Shown one piece after another: positions 47,246 through 50,947 of a stretch of DNA of 50,947 bases (the stretch's first letter is position 1; each line of letters begins with the position of its first letter). The position numbers were made by a program, and so were the translations under genes. Source of the stretch: Macrostomum lignano (taxonomy: Eukaryota); NCBI GenBank assembly GCA_002269645.1, contig NIVC01004309.1, positions 1 through 50,947 of the forward strand, given 5' to 3'. Below the pieces are notes generated by a model. It was not told the origin of the DNA, made no database searches, and saw nothing but the letters and a program-made list of their open reading frames with translations.

Positions 47246-47424
47246 GCTCGAGCTTCAGGACCGATTGGGTTGGTATACAAATTGTGCGGCTCACGCTAGA
47301 AAATAGGTCAAGGTCTTGCGCGCCTGCACATGTGAGGCCTGCCATTGGTCAGGACTAGCTGCTTGGTAGACTGTCGATCAGTTCAGTGCACAATTAATTA
47401 CAACTACCCGAATTGGGCCAGATG

Positions 47425-47683
47425 TGCAACCGACAGCTCAGCCGCAGCTATTGCGCGGCGCATCTAAAGGCTGCGTACGGCTGTTCAGTCCAAGGACTGG
47501 GGGGGGGGGGTCGTCACACAGCCTCAATTACCCCAGCTATGCTGGCACCCATTTTACAGCTGGGTGAAGTGAAGTGATGCAGAGTTATGTGCCTTGCTGA
47601 AGGACACAGATAGTTCCGAGTGGGTCGAGAATCGAACCCCCGACCTTACAGTCGTGAGTCCGACGCTCTGACCACTAGGCTAA
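47425..47683 (-). mobile_element. CORE-type tRNA-SINE, second copy
   Basis: Highly similar to 8470-8727 (CAACCGACAGCTCAGCCGCAGC...GAGAATCGAACCCC...CCACTAGGCTA). Confidence 0.8.
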
Positions 47684-47805
47684 CCCTACTGATGCGATGA
47701 ACATAGCCGATGATCTTAAAAGTTGCGCTGACGTGAATCAAAAGGGTAAATATGCCTTAGAATTTATGAATAAGTTTTGCGTGCTGCGATCCAACCGCTC
47801 TCCAG

Positions 47806-48361
47806 ATACGTCAGCAGCCTGTCTCTGGAACTGCGCCAGGTCAAATCAAACGGCTGCTATTATTTCGCCGCCGATTCGTCCTATCCAGACGACAAGTTAA
47901 GCGATAGCGACGGCGATGACGACGACGATGACGGTGTCAGCCTGGCCAGCTCGGAGCCCATCGACCGGCTTTGGCCGGCGGCCGCAAAACTCGCCGCCGA
48001 CATGTCGATGTCGCCAGACGAGGTCGACGGAGCGCCGGCGGACCTGTTGGCGGCGCAACTGCTCGAACGTTTAGCTGACAACGATCTGTCCGGAGCGATT
48101 CGTCACTGCCGACTGCTGCTCACCTTCCAGCCGCATAGCGGAGAGGCTCGCGAGCTGCTGGCCACCCTGTCGGAGCGCGACCAGCAGCAGCGAGACGATC
48201 TGCTCGAGTCGAACTCGGAATCGACGGACACCGAATCGGAGACCTACTTCAGATACTTTCACCACGATCAGCACGGTCGGAATGAGGACGAGGCGGAGAG
48301 TAGGCGGACTTCGTCTGACGCGTCGGATCACTTTCTAGATGCTTCGTCGTCCTCTGACTGA
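47806..48361 (+). CDS. ERICH2: ERICH2-like (glutamate-rich protein 2-like) terminal coding exon
   Basis: GC-rich ORF with acidic tracts flanking APADLLAAQLLERLADNDLSGAIRHCRLLLTFQPHSGEARELLATLSE. This resembles the ERICH2 core APxxL...AxxxCxxILx[YF][EQ]PxxxEAxE as recalled from memory, with no search run. Acceptor CTCTCCAG at 47805; TGA at 48359-48361. Confidence 0.6.
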
Positions 48362-49763
48362 CGCTTTTCTATAGCTTAGCTTAACCCTGAAAATTATAAA
48401 TCCACAGAAGACTATATTAACCTGACCTTGGCTATGAACTCCTAAACACATTTGTTTACATTTGAATTGTTAGATTGTTATATATAGTCAGATGCTTTGA
48501 CTAAACTCGCATATCTTTCGAAAACAAATTTACCGGATTCTAAACATATAAAACTACATGTATGCATACAGCCAGTTTAGCAAACCTCGATGCTTTTCTA
48601 GCTGTCCGTTTAGTAGTTAAAAATACATTCGATCATTTTATTCAATTATAAATACGAGCGCTCATTTACAGAGCAGATATATTCGATCTTATTAAAAATA
48701 TAGCTACATGATAGAGTAATGTGTGTTGTTTTAAGCTTTCCATGGTCTTTTGAATTAAATAATAAATGGCAAGCAAGGAAGTCCTTGGTGGTAAGTTTGC
48801 AAGAACCAATAACTTATACAGCCACTACATGTAGATTAAAGTCAACTTGTGATTCCTACATGTATACAAACCGCGCATTAAAAATCGAACTCCATATAGT
48901 TAATGTAAAGCTTAATATGTACATGCAGCAAATAAGTGGAGGTGTGGCATAGGTAAATTTATTTATGTATGTATCGATGCGTGTGCGTACATAATATTTT
49001 TGAACACTGCATTTATTATTGCATATATATATGTAAAGTTACAGTACATGTTTGCATTTTAACTAAACAACTTTTTTAACTTAAAACTTTTTTAGGTTTA
49101 GGAGTCCTAACTCCTAAAAGCCTTTAATTATTTATTTTGGATTGTATGGCGAACAATTCTGCTTCGACATGAATGTATCTCGGCCCAGCAAACACATGCA
49201 ATTGCAAAGATTATCAACAAATATCACATGAGCATTCACATTTATCCAAGCAACTACCGGTAGAAGTAGCACTTTGTGGAAGAAAAAAAAATATCAAATC
49301 AACAAATATAAAATTTTATGCTTTCCGTTCCTGTATGAAAGATAGTTTTCTAATTTTAAGTTACTTGATAGGCTTCTTGAACTGAACAGTCCATCGAAGA
49401 CCCGCATTAAAATTTCAATATGCAACGCTGGAATGGCGTAACCTCAGATTATTAATTCTTAAAATTAATTCATATATTGAACAGACGGCCTATTTTAACT
49501 GATAAGTGAAAATAGTGTGTTTTAATTTTTTTTATAGAATAACTAGAACTACTATTTGTTATAAGTTACATGACAGGAGAGATTTTATTCGATTCTATGA
49601 AACTATCGTTCAACATGTGGCGGGCAGATCCCTCTTACTGAATTCGTATACGTCATCATCTGCATCAGTTTTTTAGATTAAAATTCGAAATTGATTAGCA
49701 TTAAGTATTAAATAATAAGTGCAATTGAAATATCACGCTCTAATTCTTAGTAAATTTTAGAGA

Positions 49764-49853
49764 ATGTCCGAAAAAGTCGAAAAAACGGAGAAGCAAGAGA
49801 ATGCGAAAGCGAATGGAAAAGCTAATGAAAAAGAAGCAAAGGAAGCAGAGCTG
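49764..49853 (+). CDS. Putative first coding exon of a gene continuing beyond the window (MSEKVEKTEKQENAKANGKANEKEAKEAEL)
   Basis: ATG 3 nt after acceptor-like TTTTAG; 30 codons of charged sequence; consensus donor CTG|GTGAGT (phase 0). No second exon recognised in the window. Confidence 0.6.
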
Positions 49854-50947
49854 GTGAGTTAATATGGAGTTAAGGTGTCCCCATTTCATTTTCTGGACTC
49901 CATAGGGCCAGAGTTGGGGTTCCTTTTTCAGAATTTACCTCTATTATTTATGGCCTATGCTATTGATAGTATAAAATAAGGTCTATCATTTATCTACAGT
50001 GTGTCATTTTTACTTTTATCTCCATCATCTCTATACAACCTATCAAATTTACTTTGGTTGTATGGCATTCTTTCATTGTGCGATTGCCTACAATTGTCCA
50101 TATGAAGGTTGAGGCTTTTGTTATATGAGGCCTAATAAAAATGACTGACAATCTTTATAGTCATTTATAGAATGACAGAAAGTGTACATTAGATTTGGCT
50201 AATATCTTTACAAATGTAGCCTATATGTTCAATTGAATATTATTATTTCAATGCTGCAGGCTCATTCCATATAAGCATGGTCGTAACATGACAGGTTATT
50301 TTTACTTATAAAATGAAATCTAATAATAGAATATACTAAACCAATATTTTAAATGAAAGATATATTTTGTCTAGAATATATTTATAGAGTTTCATATAGA
50401 TATCATCATTAGTATAGATGCTATTAAACCTTAAATGACACTTATGGTCGTAACGACAGGATTTTTGACATATAGAAACTAAAAGGTAAAAGTCTTATAA
50501 CATTTTTCATTTTTGATATTTTGCAATACATTTTTAAAATTTGACTAAGAACATCTTTAGAAATCATACTCTTTTATTAAAATATATAAACTCAAAAGGC
50601 AACAAAGATACAAAAGAAAAGGCAGCCTTATGGTTGTAACATTATGTCGTAACATATTTTTTTCTGTCAATTCAGTAACTTTGAGTACTAATACATTAAA
50701 AATATAATAGATTATTTGGTCAATAATGCTTTATCTGATGATGCAAACTATACTTTTATCTATAGTTGTTTCAACCTTCAAAAGCTTTCTATTTGTTTTT
50801 AAAAGTACAAAATCTTAATGATGTCTTTTGCTTCGAAAAATGTCCAATTTTTTACAAAAAATGACTTTTTGCCAATTGATAACATACTAATCCAACATTT
50901 TACCATTCCTTTATTCTTAGATTGTATATATTGCACAATATAAACAT

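Overview
Repeat-dense metazoan (invertebrate) genomic DNA with spliceosomal GT-AG introns and TTAGGG-type telomeric motifs. A flatworm such as Macrostomum is plausible but cannot be shown from sequence alone. Most long ORFs in the track are artefacts of mini- and microsatellites. The best-supported host gene is a three-exon neuropeptide prohormone that the ORF track misses as a spliced unit (13669-13732, 15381-15415, 15491-16255; 287 aa). It has a signal peptide and 22 tandem basic-site-flanked octapeptides (1x WLGNGIRT, 21x WLGDGIRT), and variation among the 21 D-type copies is only synonymous. Other host coding pieces are an ERICH2-like terminal exon (47806-48361), a possible internal exon (41890-42270) and a first coding exon at 49764-49853. 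Much of the rest is two head-to-tail arrays of non-autonomous Helitron-like elements (9-6591 on +, 18804-34528 on -). These carry internal minisatellites, telomere-like repeats and tRNA-like cassettes, and one copy holds an inverted Penelope-like (GIY-YIG) insertion with a 12-bp TSD. Also present are two CORE-type tRNA-SINEs, a truncated RNase H-bearing LINE, a hAT MITE, a degenerate repeat family with a covarying hairpin, and many satellites. All homology calls come from motif recognition; no search was run.
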